A stretch of 64,000 nt of DNA from Gammaproteobacteria bacterium (GTDB lineage: Bacteria; Pseudomonadota; Gammaproteobacteria; Eutrophobiales; Eutrophobiaceae), in contig OZ220696.1 in the NCBI GenBank assembly GCA_965116495.1, positions 2,400,001-2,464,000 on the forward strand, read 5' to 3'. Position 1 is the stretch's first letter. Each line of letters starts with the position of its first letter. Shown piece after piece: positions 1-9,802 of the stretch. A program made the translations under genes and the position numbers. Under the pieces are notes generated by a model that made no database searches, had not been told where the DNA came from, and was given only the letters and a program-made list of their open reading frames with translations.

Positions 1-553
1 AGCTCACCCCCGTCGCCTTTAATGTCTGCATAGCCCCGACCAGCCGTTCCGTATTTCCGGTGCCTACCGGGATCACCGTGCAGCCTATCTTGTCAAATCC
101 ATTGTAAACAGCCCCCGCTACGAAAGGCCCGGCATTAAATCCGACAACGATGCGTTGACCTCTCGAAAAGCCACCCGCGGTATATCCGCGGGCAGCGTTT
201 GTTGCGTAAACGTCCAGGTCGTTGCGAGTCAGCCCAAGACGGGACGGCACCCCCGTCGTGCCGCTGGTATTGTAGACTCGCAACAGTTCTTCCGGTGGGC
301 AAGCCAGGTGGTCGCCGAACGGAGGAGAGGCAGCCTGAGTTGCCCGGATCTCGTCTTTTTCCGTAAATGGCAGACCGGCGATATTATCCAGTTCGCCCAC
401 CTCGGCGGGACTATGAAAGCCGGCCTCAGTCAGCTTTCGCCGGTAAAATGCGGAGCGGTCGAACAAGTACCGGATTTGTTTCCGGTAGCTCTCCCGATCT
501 ATTGAGAACTGTTCTTCTAGCGGGCGAGTTTCGATTTCCTGGTCGTACATCAT
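1..553 (-). CDS. Phenylacetate-CoA ligase family (AMP-dependent CoA ligase), N-terminal part; runs off the window edge
   Basis: Manual translation from ATG at 553: MMYDQEIETRP...FYRRKL...LPFTEKDEIR...YNTSGTTGVP...IGCTVIPVGTGNTERL. The TSGTTG AMP-binding loop and PaaK-like N-terminus are present. Not in the ORF track because it is open at the edge. Confidence 0.85.
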   Translation of the reverse strand, partial: MMYDQEIETRPLEEQFSIDRESYRKQIRYLFDRSAFYRRKLTEAGFHSPAEVGELDNIAGLPFTEKDEIRATQAASPPFGDHLACPPEELLRVYNTSGTTGVPSRLGLTRNDLDVYATNAARGYTAGGFSRGQRIVVGFNAGPFVAGAVYNGFDKIGCTVIPVGTGNTERLVGAMQTLKATGVS

Positions 554-731
554 GGGGTTAACTGTATAAATTTTGCGCAACGAAATCCATTTATTTATTG
601 ACCGCATACTGATATCCGAAAGTATTCCCGGGCATGCCAGCGCTGCGGCGCCGCCTGATTCGATTGTGCTATAGTGATTCTTCCAGGTCTCGTGCCTGCG
701 TTTTCCCTATTCTCATAACAAGGAGACTTCG

Positions 732-1502
732 ATGAGTGGCAATGAAAAACTGCCGCCCGGTACGGCAATCAGCGGGTTTGACGAAGAGAACATCCTGATT
801 CGGGGAAAGAATCTTGTGAGCGAATTGATGGGCAACTATTCGTTCACTGAATTGTTTTTGCTGCAGGCGCTTGGCAGGGAGGCGACGGACGCGCAATGCC
901 GCATCGTGGATGCCGTGCTGGTGACCATCATGGAGCACGGTCTGGTACCTTCTTCGATAGCCACAAGGTTGACCCACCTTGGCGCGCCTGAATCGTTTCA
1001 GGGCGCGGTAGCTGCCGGTTTGCTGGGAGTTGGGGATCGCTATGCCGGTACTGCCGGCGAATGCGGAGAGCTGCTGGAACAAATCGTTGCGGCGCCGGCA
1101 CCGGAGCGAAAATCCAAAGCGATTGATAAGGTCAGGGCCTACCGGGAGATGCGCCGTCCAATCCCCGGTTTCGGTCATCCTGTTCACCATGGAGGCGACC
1201 CGCGGGTTGGGAAACTTCTGGAGATCACAAAGGAGACGGGAGTGAGCGGCGATTACCTGCGTGCGCTCGAGATTCTCGAAGTCAGTGTGCGGGAGGTAGT
1301 TAACAAGCCGCTGGTAATGAACGTCAGCGCCGTTATCGCGGCAGCGCTCGGGGAAGCCGGTGTGCCGGCGCCCCTGATGCGCGGTATTGTGCTGATCGCA
1401 CGTTGTGCCGGCCTGGTAGGGCACCTGTTTGAGGAAAAGAACAACCCAATCGGGCAGGAATTGTGGTTCGCTGCGCAGAAGAGTGTCGACTATCAGGACT
1501 GA
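732..1502 (+). CDS. Citryl-CoA lyase / citrate synthase-like family protein
   Basis: Motifs IRGKNLVSEL, EHGLVPSS, PGFGHPVH..GDPR and ARCAGLVGH; AGGAG RBS upstream. Confidence 0.85.
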   Translation: MSGNEKLPPGTAISGFDEENILIRGKNLVSELMGNYSFTELFLLQALGREATDAQCRIVDAVLVTIMEHGLVPSSIATRLTHLGAPESFQGAVAAGLLGVGDRYAGTAGECGELLEQIVAAPAPERKSKAIDKVRAYREMRRPIPGFGHPVHHGGDPRVGKLLEITKETGVSGDYLRALEILEVSVREVVNKPLVMNVSAVIAAALGEAGVPAPLMRGIVLIARCAGLVGHLFEEKNNPIGQELWFAAQKSVDYQD

Positions 1503-2245
1503 TTACTAGTACTCTTTCCAGGTTTGGGCAACGCAGCTACGGTAGTTTCAATCCATTCCTCTACTTCCCGGGTGATCTGCGCGGCTTTCTTCCCCCGGGT
1601 GTGGACAGGTGCGCCGATTACCATCCGTATGGTGCCGGGCCATTTCAGAAAGCTGTTGCGGGGCCACAGGTAGCCGGCATTGTGCGCAATCGGGATGACG
1701 GGACGACCGGATTTTTCTGCCAGCATACCGCCGCCAGGGTAGTATTTCTGCCGTTTGCCGGGTGCAATCCGAGTGCCTTCCGGGAAGACAACCACCCATA
1801 AACCCGCGTTCAACCGTTCTACACCCTGACGCACGAGCTGCTTCAATGAGCGCACCCCCAGGGATCGGTCAATAGCAATGGGTCGCATGGTTGCCAGACC
1901 CCAGCCGTAGATCGGGATCCATAGCAATTCCCGCTTCAGTATCCAGACCTGGGGCGGAAACAATAACTGGATAACCAGGGTCTCCCAGGTGGATTGATGT
2001 TTGCACATGATGATGGCGGGTTGATCGATAATATTTTCCAATCCTTCTATCTCCGGGGTGATGTTGCAAACAGTGTGCAACCACCACAGGTTGAACCTGG
2101 CCCAGTTGGATACCAGGCGAAACCTGATGGGGAAAGGTACCGCCAGCAGGATGAAAGTGATGGGAACAGCGATGAGAATGGAAATTACCATTCCCAGCAG
2201 GAATATCGATGACCTGATGAAGACAGGAAAGGCTGGATAATTCAT
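1493..2245 (-). CDS. plsC: 1-acyl-sn-glycerol-3-phosphate acyltransferase
   Basis: KHQSTWET, LKRELL and FPEGTR motifs; conserved glyQS-gmhB-plsC order. Confidence 0.93.
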   Translation of the reverse strand: MNYPAFPVFIRSSIFLLGMVISILIAVPITFILLAVPFPIRFRLVSNWARFNLWWLHTVCNITPEIEGLENIIDQPAIIMCKHQSTWETLVIQLLFPPQVWILKRELLWIPIYGWGLATMRPIAIDRSLGVRSLKQLVRQGVERLNAGLWVVVFPEGTRIAPGKRQKYYPGGGMLAEKSGRPVIPIAHNAGYLWPRNSFLKWPGTIRMVIGAPVHTRGKKAAQITREVEEWIETTVAALPKPGKSTSNQS

Positions 2246-2250
2246 TATTG

Positions 2251-2790
2251 TTACCTGCCGGCAAGCAAATCCGCTGTTGCCTGTGCCAAGTCATCATAGA
2301 CAGGAATATCGTCCGGGATCAGGCCTTCATCCAGTTGTTTTTGTCCTTTGCCGGTCCTGACCAGGATGGGCCTGGCGCCGACGGCCTGCGCGGCCTGGAT
2401 GTCGCTCAGCCGATCACCTATGACGGGAACACCGTGCAGGGACGTATGCAGTCTTCTCTCAATATCCCTGAATAATCCAGGTTCTGGTTTACGGCAGGCG
2501 CAACCCTCGTCAGGGTCATGGGGACAGAAGAAAATGCCATCAATCACCCCACCGAACTGGGCCAGGTGGGTATGCATTTTCTTGTGAATCCTGTTCAACT
2601 CTCTGAGTGTCAGCTTGCCCCTGGCCAGCCCTGACTGGTTGGTTGCAGTGACGACATGAAAACCACTGTGGTTAAGCCGTGCGATTGCCTGCAGGCTGCC
2701 GGGGATTGCCTGCCATTCCTGCTCCGTCTTGATGAAGTCGTGAGAGTCCTGGTTAATCACGCCGTCCATATCGAGGATTATCAGCTTCAT
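2251..2790 (-). CDS. gmhB: D-glycero-beta-D-manno-heptose 1,7-bisphosphate 7-phosphatase
   Basis: HAD motif LDMDGVIN, TNQSG, CPH..C.CRKP.PG and GDRLSD. Confidence 0.95.
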   Translation of the reverse strand: MKLIILDMDGVINQDSHDFIKTEQEWQAIPGSLQAIARLNHSGFHVVTATNQSGLARGKLTLRELNRIHKKMHTHLAQFGGVIDGIFFCPHDPDEGCACRKPEPGLFRDIERRLHTSLHGVPVIGDRLSDIQAAQAVGARPILVRTGKGQKQLDEGLIPDDIPVYDDLAQATADLLAGR

Positions 2791-4856
2791 TGCAGTCTGG
2801 AGACGTCCGCGCTGGTAAGGAACAGTTTTCTCAACTCGCTTAATAAGGCGAGGCGGTTATTTCTCAGCATCTTGTCATCGCATAAGACCATCACTTCATC
2901 AAAAAAGGCGTCCACCTGATCTCTCAGGCCGGCCAGGGCTGACAGTACGGCGCCGTAATCGGCGCGTCCGATGTGCTTCCCTGCCCCACATGCATGCATC
3001 TGTTTATAGAGATCCATTTCCGTTTTTTCAACCAGCAATGTTTCATCCGCCCCGGTATCGCCGCTATAGTCTGCCTGTTTAAGGATATTCCGGATACGCT
3101 TGTTGGCTGTCACCAGGCTGTCTGCTTCGGGTAACTGCAGGAACTCGCCCACCGCGAGAACCCTCAGGTTGAAGTCATGGGGCCGGGTTGGCCGGCACGC
3201 CTGTACCGCGTCGAACACGGCAGGACTGACACCGTTATCGAGGTAATAACGCCGCAGTCTCTCCAGCATAAAATCAAATACCCCGGATTCTATAGACCGG
3301 GTATTGACAGCGTCAGGAAAAGTGCCGGCAGAATGCGCTATACAGGCTTCAAGGTCCAGGGGCAATGCACATTCAATCATGATCCGCAAACACCCCAGGG
3401 CGGCTCGGCGCAGGCCAAAGGGATCCTTGTCACCGGTGGGCGCCTTACCGATGGCAAAAATCCCTGTCAGGGTATCCAGTTTGTCGGCCAGCGCAAGTAT
3501 CCTGCCTGTATCGGTTTCCGGCAGTCCGGCACCGGCATACCTGGGCATGTACTGTTCATCAAGCGCCTGGGCGACTTCCGGCTGTTCATTGCTCTCCAGG
3601 GCGTAATAGCGTCCCATAATCCCCTGCAATTCCGGAAACTCACCAACCATATCGGTCATCAGGTCGCATTTCGCCAAATGGGATGCGCGCTCGACCAGGT
3701 CCGGCTCGATGCCCAGTTGTCCCGCCATATACCCCCCGAGGCTTTTGATGCGCGCAGTCCTGTCGGCAAGCGTTCCCAGCTTTTGCTGGAAGACAACCTT
3801 TTCCGTGCGTGAGTTGAACTGCTCCAGTGGTTGCTTGCGATCCCGCTCCCAGAAAAAGGCAGCGTCACTCAGCCGCGGCCGGATGACCCGTTCATTACCC
3901 TGTCTGACTACGTCAGGGGACGCGCTGTCAATATTGGCTATGGTAATAAAACTGGCAGTCAATTCTCCCGTGTCCGGATGCAGAACCGGAAAGTATTTCT
4001 GGTGTGACTGCATGGTGGCGATAAGCACCTCCCGGGGGAGTTTGAGGAACTCATCATCGAACGATCCGGATATGGCGACGGGCCATTCCACCAGCGCGGT
4101 TGCCTCATCAAGCAGGTCCTCATCGATCAATGCCTGCCCTCCACAAGCCCGGGCAGCTTCAACTACGGATTGCCTGATTTGTTTCTTCCTCTCCCCGAAA
4201 TCGGCGACGACACGGCCTTCAGCGAGCAGCCTGTCCAAATACTCGCCGGCAAGCGGCAGGCTTATCGCTCCAGGATGGTGAAAACGGTGGCCGCGGGTTT
4301 CCCGTCCTGTTTCTATTCCCAGGACGGTTGTGCGGATGACATCATTGCCTAACAGCAGAACCACCCAATGGACGGGCCTGACGAACTCGGTGTCGCCATC
4401 CCCCCAGCGCATGCGTTTTGATATGGGTAACCCGGCAAGTGTCCGATCGATGATGTCCGGTACCAGTTCGGCGCTACGGGCTCCCTGCACCAGGGCATTG
4501 TATGACAGCCAGCTGCCCTTGTCCGTTTCCAGGCGCTCCAGGTCTGCAACCGTTACCCCACATGAACGGGCAAAGCCCTCCGCAGCCCGGGTGGGGTTGC
4601 CCGCCTGGTCATAGGCCGAAGCGATTGCCGGCCCGCGTTTTACTACCTGCCTGTCCGCCTGGGTAACCACAAGGTCACGCACCATGACTGCAAGCCGGCG
4701 TGGGGAGGCACACCAGAAATAATCACCGTGGGCAAGGTCCTTATCCTGCAATCCCCCATGGATGCCTTCGGCAAGGGCAGCAGCCAACCTGGTTAACGAC
4801 TTCGGCGGTAACTCTTCCACCCCTATTTCGAGCAGTAAATCTTTTTTGTCAGTGAT
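2787..4856 (-). CDS. glyS: Glycine-tRNA ligase beta subunit (start probably ATC at 4856, upstream of the ORF-track GTG at 4820)
   Basis: DLLLEIGVEELPP, MRWG, FVRPVHW, GEFPELQG, KDPFGLRR and NRLALL motifs; lies directly after glyQ. Confidence 0.95.
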   Translation of the reverse strand: MTDKKDLLLEIGVEELPPKSLTRLAAALAEGIHGGLQDKDLAHGDYFWCASPRRLAVMVRDLVVTQADRQVVKRGPAIASAYDQAGNPTRAAEGFARSCGVTVADLERLETDKGSWLSYNALVQGARSAELVPDIIDRTLAGLPISKRMRWGDGDTEFVRPVHWVVLLLGNDVIRTTVLGIETGRETRGHRFHHPGAISLPLAGEYLDRLLAEGRVVADFGERKKQIRQSVVEAARACGGQALIDEDLLDEATALVEWPVAISGSFDDEFLKLPREVLIATMQSHQKYFPVLHPDTGELTASFITIANIDSASPDVVRQGNERVIRPRLSDAAFFWERDRKQPLEQFNSRTEKVVFQQKLGTLADRTARIKSLGGYMAGQLGIEPDLVERASHLAKCDLMTDMVGEFPELQGIMGRYYALESNEQPEVAQALDEQYMPRYAGAGLPETDTGRILALADKLDTLTGIFAIGKAPTGDKDPFGLRRAALGCLRIMIECALPLDLEACIAHSAGTFPDAVNTRSIESGVFDFMLERLRRYYLDNGVSPAVFDAVQACRPTRPHDFNLRVLAVGEFLQLPEADSLVTANKRIRNILKQADYSGDTGADETLLVEKTEMDLYKQMHACGAGKHIGRADYGAVLSALAGLRDQVDAFFDEVMVLCDDKMLRNNRLALLSELRKLFLTSADVSRLQ

Positions 4857-4876
4857 ATCTGTGTCCTCTGATGCTG

Positions 4877-5755
4877 TTATTTACGTAATGGAAATCCCAG
4901 TTGTTCCCGCTTGTCGTAATAACTCCGGGCTACCGCACGCGCCGTTGTTCTGACCCTCAGTATGAAGCGTTGTCGTTCGGTAACACTGATGGCATGCCTG
5001 GCATCCAACAGGTTGAAGATATGGGATGCTTTCAATACCAGTTCGTAAGCGGGCAAGGGCAGGTCTTCCTCAACCAGTTCCTGGCACTGGGCTTCACATT
5101 CGTCGAACCAGCGGAACAGGCTTTCCGTGTCTGCCTTCTCGAAATTATAGGTGGACATTTCCACTTCATCCTGGTGGTGGATAGCGCCGTAGGTTACCGA
5201 GCCGTCGTCGGCATCGGACCAGACCAGGTCGTACACATTATCCACGTTTTGCAGGTAGACGGCTATTCGTTCCAGGCCGTAGGTGATCTCACCGGAAACC
5301 GGTCTGCACTCCAGCCCTCCGACCTGTTGAAAATAAGTGAACTGGCTTATCTCCATACCATTCAGCCAGACTTCCCAGCCCAGTCCCCAGGCGCCCAGGG
5401 TCGGTGATTCCCAATTGTCTTCGATGAACCGGACATCATGGGTGAGCGTATCGATTCCCAGGTGTTGTAACGATTTCAGGTAGAGTTCCTGGATATCAGC
5501 CGGCGAGGGCTTTAATATCACCTGGAACTGGTAGTAGCGTTGCAGGCGGTTTGGGTTTTCGCCATAACGCCCGTCTGCAGGCCGTCTGGAAGGTTGCACG
5601 TACGCGGCATTCCAGGGTTCCGGGCCGATAGCGCGCAGGAAAGTGGCCGGATGAAAAGTGCCGGCGCCCACTTCCATATCATAGGGTTGTTGTATGACGC
5701 AACCCTGCTCTGACCAGTACTGCTGCAAGGTAACAATCAAATCCTGGAACGTCAT
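4877..5755 (-). CDS. glyQ: Glycine-tRNA ligase alpha subunit
   Basis: [43 protein letters not shown] and EITYGLER motifs. Confidence 0.98.
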   Translation of the reverse strand: MTFQDLIVTLQQYWSEQGCVIQQPYDMEVGAGTFHPATFLRAIGPEPWNAAYVQPSRRPADGRYGENPNRLQRYYQFQVILKPSPADIQELYLKSLQHLGIDTLTHDVRFIEDNWESPTLGAWGLGWEVWLNGMEISQFTYFQQVGGLECRPVSGEITYGLERIAVYLQNVDNVYDLVWSDADDGSVTYGAIHHQDEVEMSTYNFEKADTESLFRWFDECEAQCQELVEEDLPLPAYELVLKASHIFNLLDARHAISVTERQRFILRVRTTARAVARSYYDKREQLGFPLRK

Positions 5756-5815
5756 TGTCTATGAGTAGTCTTTTTTGAATATAAACCACGGAGAACATTT
5801 ACAGCCGCCACTATT

Positions 5816-6062
5816 TTAACCCGGATTTCTCACCAGTTGATGCGAAGATCGCGCCGGATTTTTTGCGCCAGCGGGCACCTGCGACCGAAAGCATAGCCGT
5901 AGCTATGGTTGAGGAAGCACGTGCGCGCTGGCGCAAAAAAGACAAGCGAGGGCGTATCAAGCGCAGTCTGCTATGTCGTTATAGTGAGCAGACTATCATA
6001 ACGTATTAACAGCAAACAACTATCCGATGATGACAAGCGGACTGGTGAGAAATCCGGGTTAA
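5816..6062. mobile_element. MITE-like element, family A, copy 1 (247 bp)
   Basis: Perfect 22-bp terminal inverted repeat TTAACCCGGATTTCTCACCAGT (5816-5837 / 6041-6062) and an inner 19/20-bp stem (5859-5878 / 5921-5940). A related copy lies at 56874-56996. Confidence 0.8.
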
Positions 6063-6070
6063 CAGGGTAG

Positions 6071-6099
6071 AAATAAAAAAGCCGCCCTCTCGGGCGGCT
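6071..6099 (-). terminator. Intrinsic terminator of the phasin gene
   Basis: Stem AGCCGCCC-loop-GGGCGGCT followed by a T-run on the minus strand. Confidence 0.8.
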
Positions 6100-6155
6100 G
6101 ACCAACCGCAAGCTTTGGGGGGAAAGCCAGCGGTAAGGAGGGAAAGGTTGACTGC

Positions 6156-6539
6156 TTATTTGCTTCTGGAAGCAGCTTTCGCGGCCGTTGCCGGTTCAGT
6201 CCTGGCTGCCGCAGCTTTCATGATAGTCTCAGGCTTGATGGTTTCCGTCATGATCTGCTGTACCTTGTCGGTATAGCTGGTGCCAAGCTCCAGGGCGGCC
6301 TGTGTGTCTTTAACAAAACGTTCACCAAGAGATTTCGCCAGTTCAGCCTGGTCGGTAAAGTATTTCTTCAGACCATCGACGTCCTTGATATCGGCTGCAG
6401 ACTTCAACTGCTCTACGCCAAGCCTGGTGGTGTCATTGATTGACTTCAGTTGAATGTCCAGCAATTTTTCAACGTTTTCCAGTGCCAGGGTGTTAATCTC
6501 CCTGACGGGTTCCAAGTATTTTTCGGTTTGTACATTCAT
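6156..6539 (-). CDS. phaP: Phasin family protein (PHA granule-associated)
   Basis: Short helical protein with a phasin-like pattern (ENVEKLLDIQL...IKDVDGL...QAELAK), an Ala/Lys-rich tail and a GAGG RBS. Confidence 0.75.
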   Translation of the reverse strand: MNVQTEKYLEPVREINTLALENVEKLLDIQLKSINDTTRLGVEQLKSAADIKDVDGLKKYFTDQAELAKSLGERFVKDTQAALELGTSYTDKVQQIMTETIKPETIMKAAAARTEPATAAKAASRSK

Positions 6540-6568
6540 AGCGGATATTTCCTCTGTCTAGTTAATGT

Positions 6569-6604
6569 TGCAACGCATCATAACCGAATAATTTGTGCGA
6601 TGCA
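6569..6604. promoter_or_regulatory. Two TGC-N3-GCA motifs, candidate PhaR operators
   Basis: TGCAACGCA (6569-6577) and TGCGATGCA (6596-6604) directly upstream of the phasin gene. The pattern resembles described PhaR boxes. Confidence 0.55.
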
Positions 6605-6827
6605 ACAGAAAATTACAATTTTTTGAAAAAAACCGTAACTTTTTATTTATCCATATAAAACATATGGTTATAAAAAAATAATAGGTTTTTATGATTCGTG
6701 GTTGATGTGAAAATACAAATATTGTCCGAGAAAATACCGATCTAGTCAGTGATTCCAACGCTACAGGCGCGCCCCTGCATGCTGTAATCAGGGCTTCCCC
6801 GAACTATCTGTCGGGAGTGTCGAACTA

Positions 6828-7931
6828 TTATTCTGCGTCCTCTGCGGCTTCAGTTTCCGGATCGCGTACCAGGCCGGACAGGGACTGGTTGAACAGTTCC
6901 GCCTTTGAGGTGGATAACCGGTAGGCCCACCCTTGTACCAGTTTGTTCAATGTTTCGGCTTCCTGCTCCGGAGTTACTTCAACTTCCTCTTCAGCATCAT
7001 TCTCGCCGGCTTCTTCATCTGCCCCGTCAGTACCGGCCATACGGTCAGTATCAGCAGCAAACGAAAATTGCGCATAGGCATGCTCCCCGCTTTTCATCAC
7101 CTTTACGTTTGCTGTCAGACCATCAAACGTTGTCACATCGATAATTGAAGCAGGCCTGGTGGAATCAATACTGTCCGCCTTTCTCACCCCGTCCACGAAT
7201 ATGTTTTCCAGTACGGTCCCCATACGACTGACCAGATACTCGGATTGTTGCTCCTTGCCCTCCGGGATGTTCTGCAATTCAAGGTCGTCGGCAGGACCGT
7301 CCTTTTTCAGAATTGCCTCCCGCCTGTCTGCCGGTTGTATATGGACACTATTGACCCGGTCTCCTTCGATATTGATGATATCCCGTTTGATCCACTGAAT
7401 AACATCTGCGCTGACAGTCAGCCTGCCTTCCACCAGCAGCGCCTGTTGCCGGCTGGGTATGCGTACATACAAACCCGGGGCGCTTGACGCGGATTTGCTT
7501 CTCCTGGCCTGGCCGGCTATCAGTGTTGCCAGTTCATCCCCGTCGGCATTCAGCGTCAACAGGTGAGAGGTGGCGCCCAGGCTGTCAGGGTCTTCAACAC
7601 CCAGTCTCTTGTAGAGGTCGGGATTGTTTGTCTTTTCCGCAACCACCTGAAGGCCTGAAACGGCAAGTACGGTTTGCTTTACCTTGTCCACCAGGGCGGG
7701 GTAATCATCCGCTTCCGCTATACTCCATTTCCCCGCTACACGGTGTACAGTCAATGTGGTCTGACCGTCATGGACAAGCAGTTCGTTCACGTCGTTAATT
7801 CTCTGTGAAAGTTCCGGGAAAAGGCTGGTTTTTTCCTTGCTTGTCTGTGGCGCCCTTTGTTGACTGACGATAACCGCCGCAATCACGACAATAAGAGTCA
7901 GTGCCGTAACGATAATGTTCCTGTTCTTCAT
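6828..7931 (-). CDS. DUF4340-type membrane-anchored protein of a Gld-like ABC operon
   Basis: N-terminal TM segment, W...ADDYPA, LGVEDP and YVR motifs; last gene of the operon. Confidence 0.75.
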   Translation of the reverse strand: MKNRNIIVTALTLIVVIAAVIVSQQRAPQTSKEKTSLFPELSQRINDVNELLVHDGQTTLTVHRVAGKWSIAEADDYPALVDKVKQTVLAVSGLQVVAEKTNNPDLYKRLGVEDPDSLGATSHLLTLNADGDELATLIAGQARRSKSASSAPGLYVRIPSRQQALLVEGRLTVSADVIQWIKRDIINIEGDRVNSVHIQPADRREAILKKDGPADDLELQNIPEGKEQQSEYLVSRMGTVLENIFVDGVRKADSIDSTRPASIIDVTTFDGLTANVKVMKSGEHAYAQFSFAADTDRMAGTDGADEEAGENDAEEEVEVTPEQEAETLNKLVQGWAYRLSTSKAELFNQSLSGLVRDPETEAAEDAE

Positions 7932-9793
7932 CAGACTTTGCGGCGCGCCCGGTGAATACCCGCAAACAGGGCAAGCAGCGCGATGATTAAGGGTATCAAT
8001 CCGATATTGATAAATTTGAGCTGCGTACCCAGGCGCTCTATATTCTTTTGCAACTCGTGCTGGACCGCGCGTAATTCCTTCCGGGTCCTGATTTGCTGAA
8101 GCCGGAACTTTTCAATTTCGGCGGCCTGTTCCTGGGTCAGTAGCAACGCGCCTTCGCCGCCTTCCTGTTGCAACTGGGCAATTTTCTGTTCCGTTTCTTC
8201 CAGACGGGTCTGTAATTCCTGCTCCTGTTCGCGGAACTGGGTTTCCGCATCCCGGCGTATCTCCTCAACCACGGTAAACGGCCGGGAAAATTCGCCCCGG
8301 CTGCGCAGGCTTATCAGGTCGGTGTTGCCCGCCAGGTTATCCAGGGTATTGACGACAAAGTCGCCATTATTGGCAATACTCTGGGGAATTTGCACACCGA
8401 AGAAACTTTGCCGCCTGATCCAGAAATGATCCGCCAGGATATCGGTATCCCCGACCAGCACGGCATCGATCCTGCCCTCCTTGATCACATCATCCATGGA
8501 GGCTGTGTCCCCTTCCCCATCATCTTCCGGCAAGCCATCGGGGTATGCGCTGGGGACATTACCGCTGATTCTTGCCGCAAGCACCAGGGCTTTATTCTCC
8601 GCTTCGAAATTGGCCAGCATTACATTAGGATCCCGTTGAAAGAAAATCAGGTCTCTTTCCATTTTCATCGAGTCCGTGGTGGTCTGCAGCAGCGGCGTGA
8701 ATTCAATGGTCGCATCTTCCAGCCGTTCGATTATGCCCGCGGTACCCATGTGGATCAGGTTCAACTCACTGGTGCTGAAGTCCTCACGGTTCAAGTTGTC
8801 GATACCCAGTTGCATCCAGGGCAGATAGTTACTCTCCTGGGGGCCGCGGGCGCCCTGGGTCTGCACCCTCATGGCCAGGTTGATATCTGCGGCAATTTTG
8901 CCCGGGTCGACTTCCAGGCCCCAGCCATCCAGCAGAATTTTCAGGTTGGAGGACATATCCGGCATGACATACGGGTTTGCCGGGTCCGGTTCGGGATTGT
9001 CCCCCTCAGCCAGGGGATCCACAAATAACATGGCATGGCCCCCTTCAAGTAAATACTGGTCTATGGCAAACAAGGTCCGTTCGGTAAGCCCTTTGGGGTG
9101 CACGACCATCAATACGTCCACGTCTTCATCGATCCGGTCGGTACTGACACCGAGATTGCGCACTTCGAAGAACTCCTCCATGATATCAATGATAGCCCAG
9201 CGTTCCATGATGCCCTGTGCGGGATTGCCGAACAACGGCAGGCCCGACATGACGCCGACCACGCGCTTTTCCGGGTTGGCGAGGCCGTAAATCAGCTTGG
9301 TAATGTCGTACTCCAGCGCCTGTTCCCGACTTGCCTGGAAGAATGGAATATTGGCTTCATCATCAGTAGAGTTGACGCCTACCAAACCGAAGTAGGCGCG
9401 GTCACCGGCAGCATTAATGGAAATCCCGTTTAACCCGCTGGCCACGGCCTGGTCTTCTTCCTCAGAGAAAGGCTCCGGTTCGATGACGGTCAATTCAATC
9501 TTGCCGGCCGATTTCGCAGCATATTCTTCCAGCAGGTCACGTACCCTGACGGCGTAGTTCATCAGTTGCGGGAAGTCTGCCAGGGTTTTTCGGGACAGGT
9601 AGAAATCCAGGGAAATGGGTTCTTCCAGCGTGGTGATAATGTTAATCGTGCCCGGTGACAAGGTAAAAAGTTTGTTTTCCGTCAGGTCAAGCCGGACTCC
9701 GGTAAACAGGTTGTTGCTGATTATTATCAGGGCCACCGCCAGTACGGCCGCCACCAGGATGCCCGAGCCGGATATGAGATGTCTATAGTTCAT
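7931..9793 (-). CDS. GldG-family ABC transporter auxiliary protein
   Basis: RLDLTENKLFTLSPGT, LEYDITKLI, AIDQYLL.GG and NGDFVVN motifs; C-terminal coiled coil plus TM. Confidence 0.85.
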   Translation of the reverse strand: MNYRHLISGSGILVAAVLAVALIIISNNLFTGVRLDLTENKLFTLSPGTINIITTLEEPISLDFYLSRKTLADFPQLMNYAVRVRDLLEEYAAKSAGKIELTVIEPEPFSEEEDQAVASGLNGISINAAGDRAYFGLVGVNSTDDEANIPFFQASREQALEYDITKLIYGLANPEKRVVGVMSGLPLFGNPAQGIMERWAIIDIMEEFFEVRNLGVSTDRIDEDVDVLMVVHPKGLTERTLFAIDQYLLEGGHAMLFVDPLAEGDNPEPDPANPYVMPDMSSNLKILLDGWGLEVDPGKIAADINLAMRVQTQGARGPQESNYLPWMQLGIDNLNREDFSTSELNLIHMGTAGIIERLEDATIEFTPLLQTTTDSMKMERDLIFFQRDPNVMLANFEAENKALVLAARISGNVPSAYPDGLPEDDGEGDTASMDDVIKEGRIDAVLVGDTDILADHFWIRRQSFFGVQIPQSIANNGDFVVNTLDNLAGNTDLISLRSRGEFSRPFTVVEEIRRDAETQFREQEQELQTRLEETEQKIAQLQQEGGEGALLLTQEQAAEIEKFRLQQIRTRKELRAVQHELQKNIERLGTQLKFINIGLIPLIIALLALFAGIHRARRKV

Positions 9794-9802
9794 GCCAGCT
9801 CC

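Noticed and set aside
155-561. Plus-strand ORFs of 116 and 64 aa
   Set aside because: They are shadows of the minus-strand CoA ligase.
5816-6062. T-box or glycine riboswitch upstream of glyQ
   Set aside because: No T-box consensus is visible; perfect TIRs and a second copy between aroK and aroB point to a MITE.
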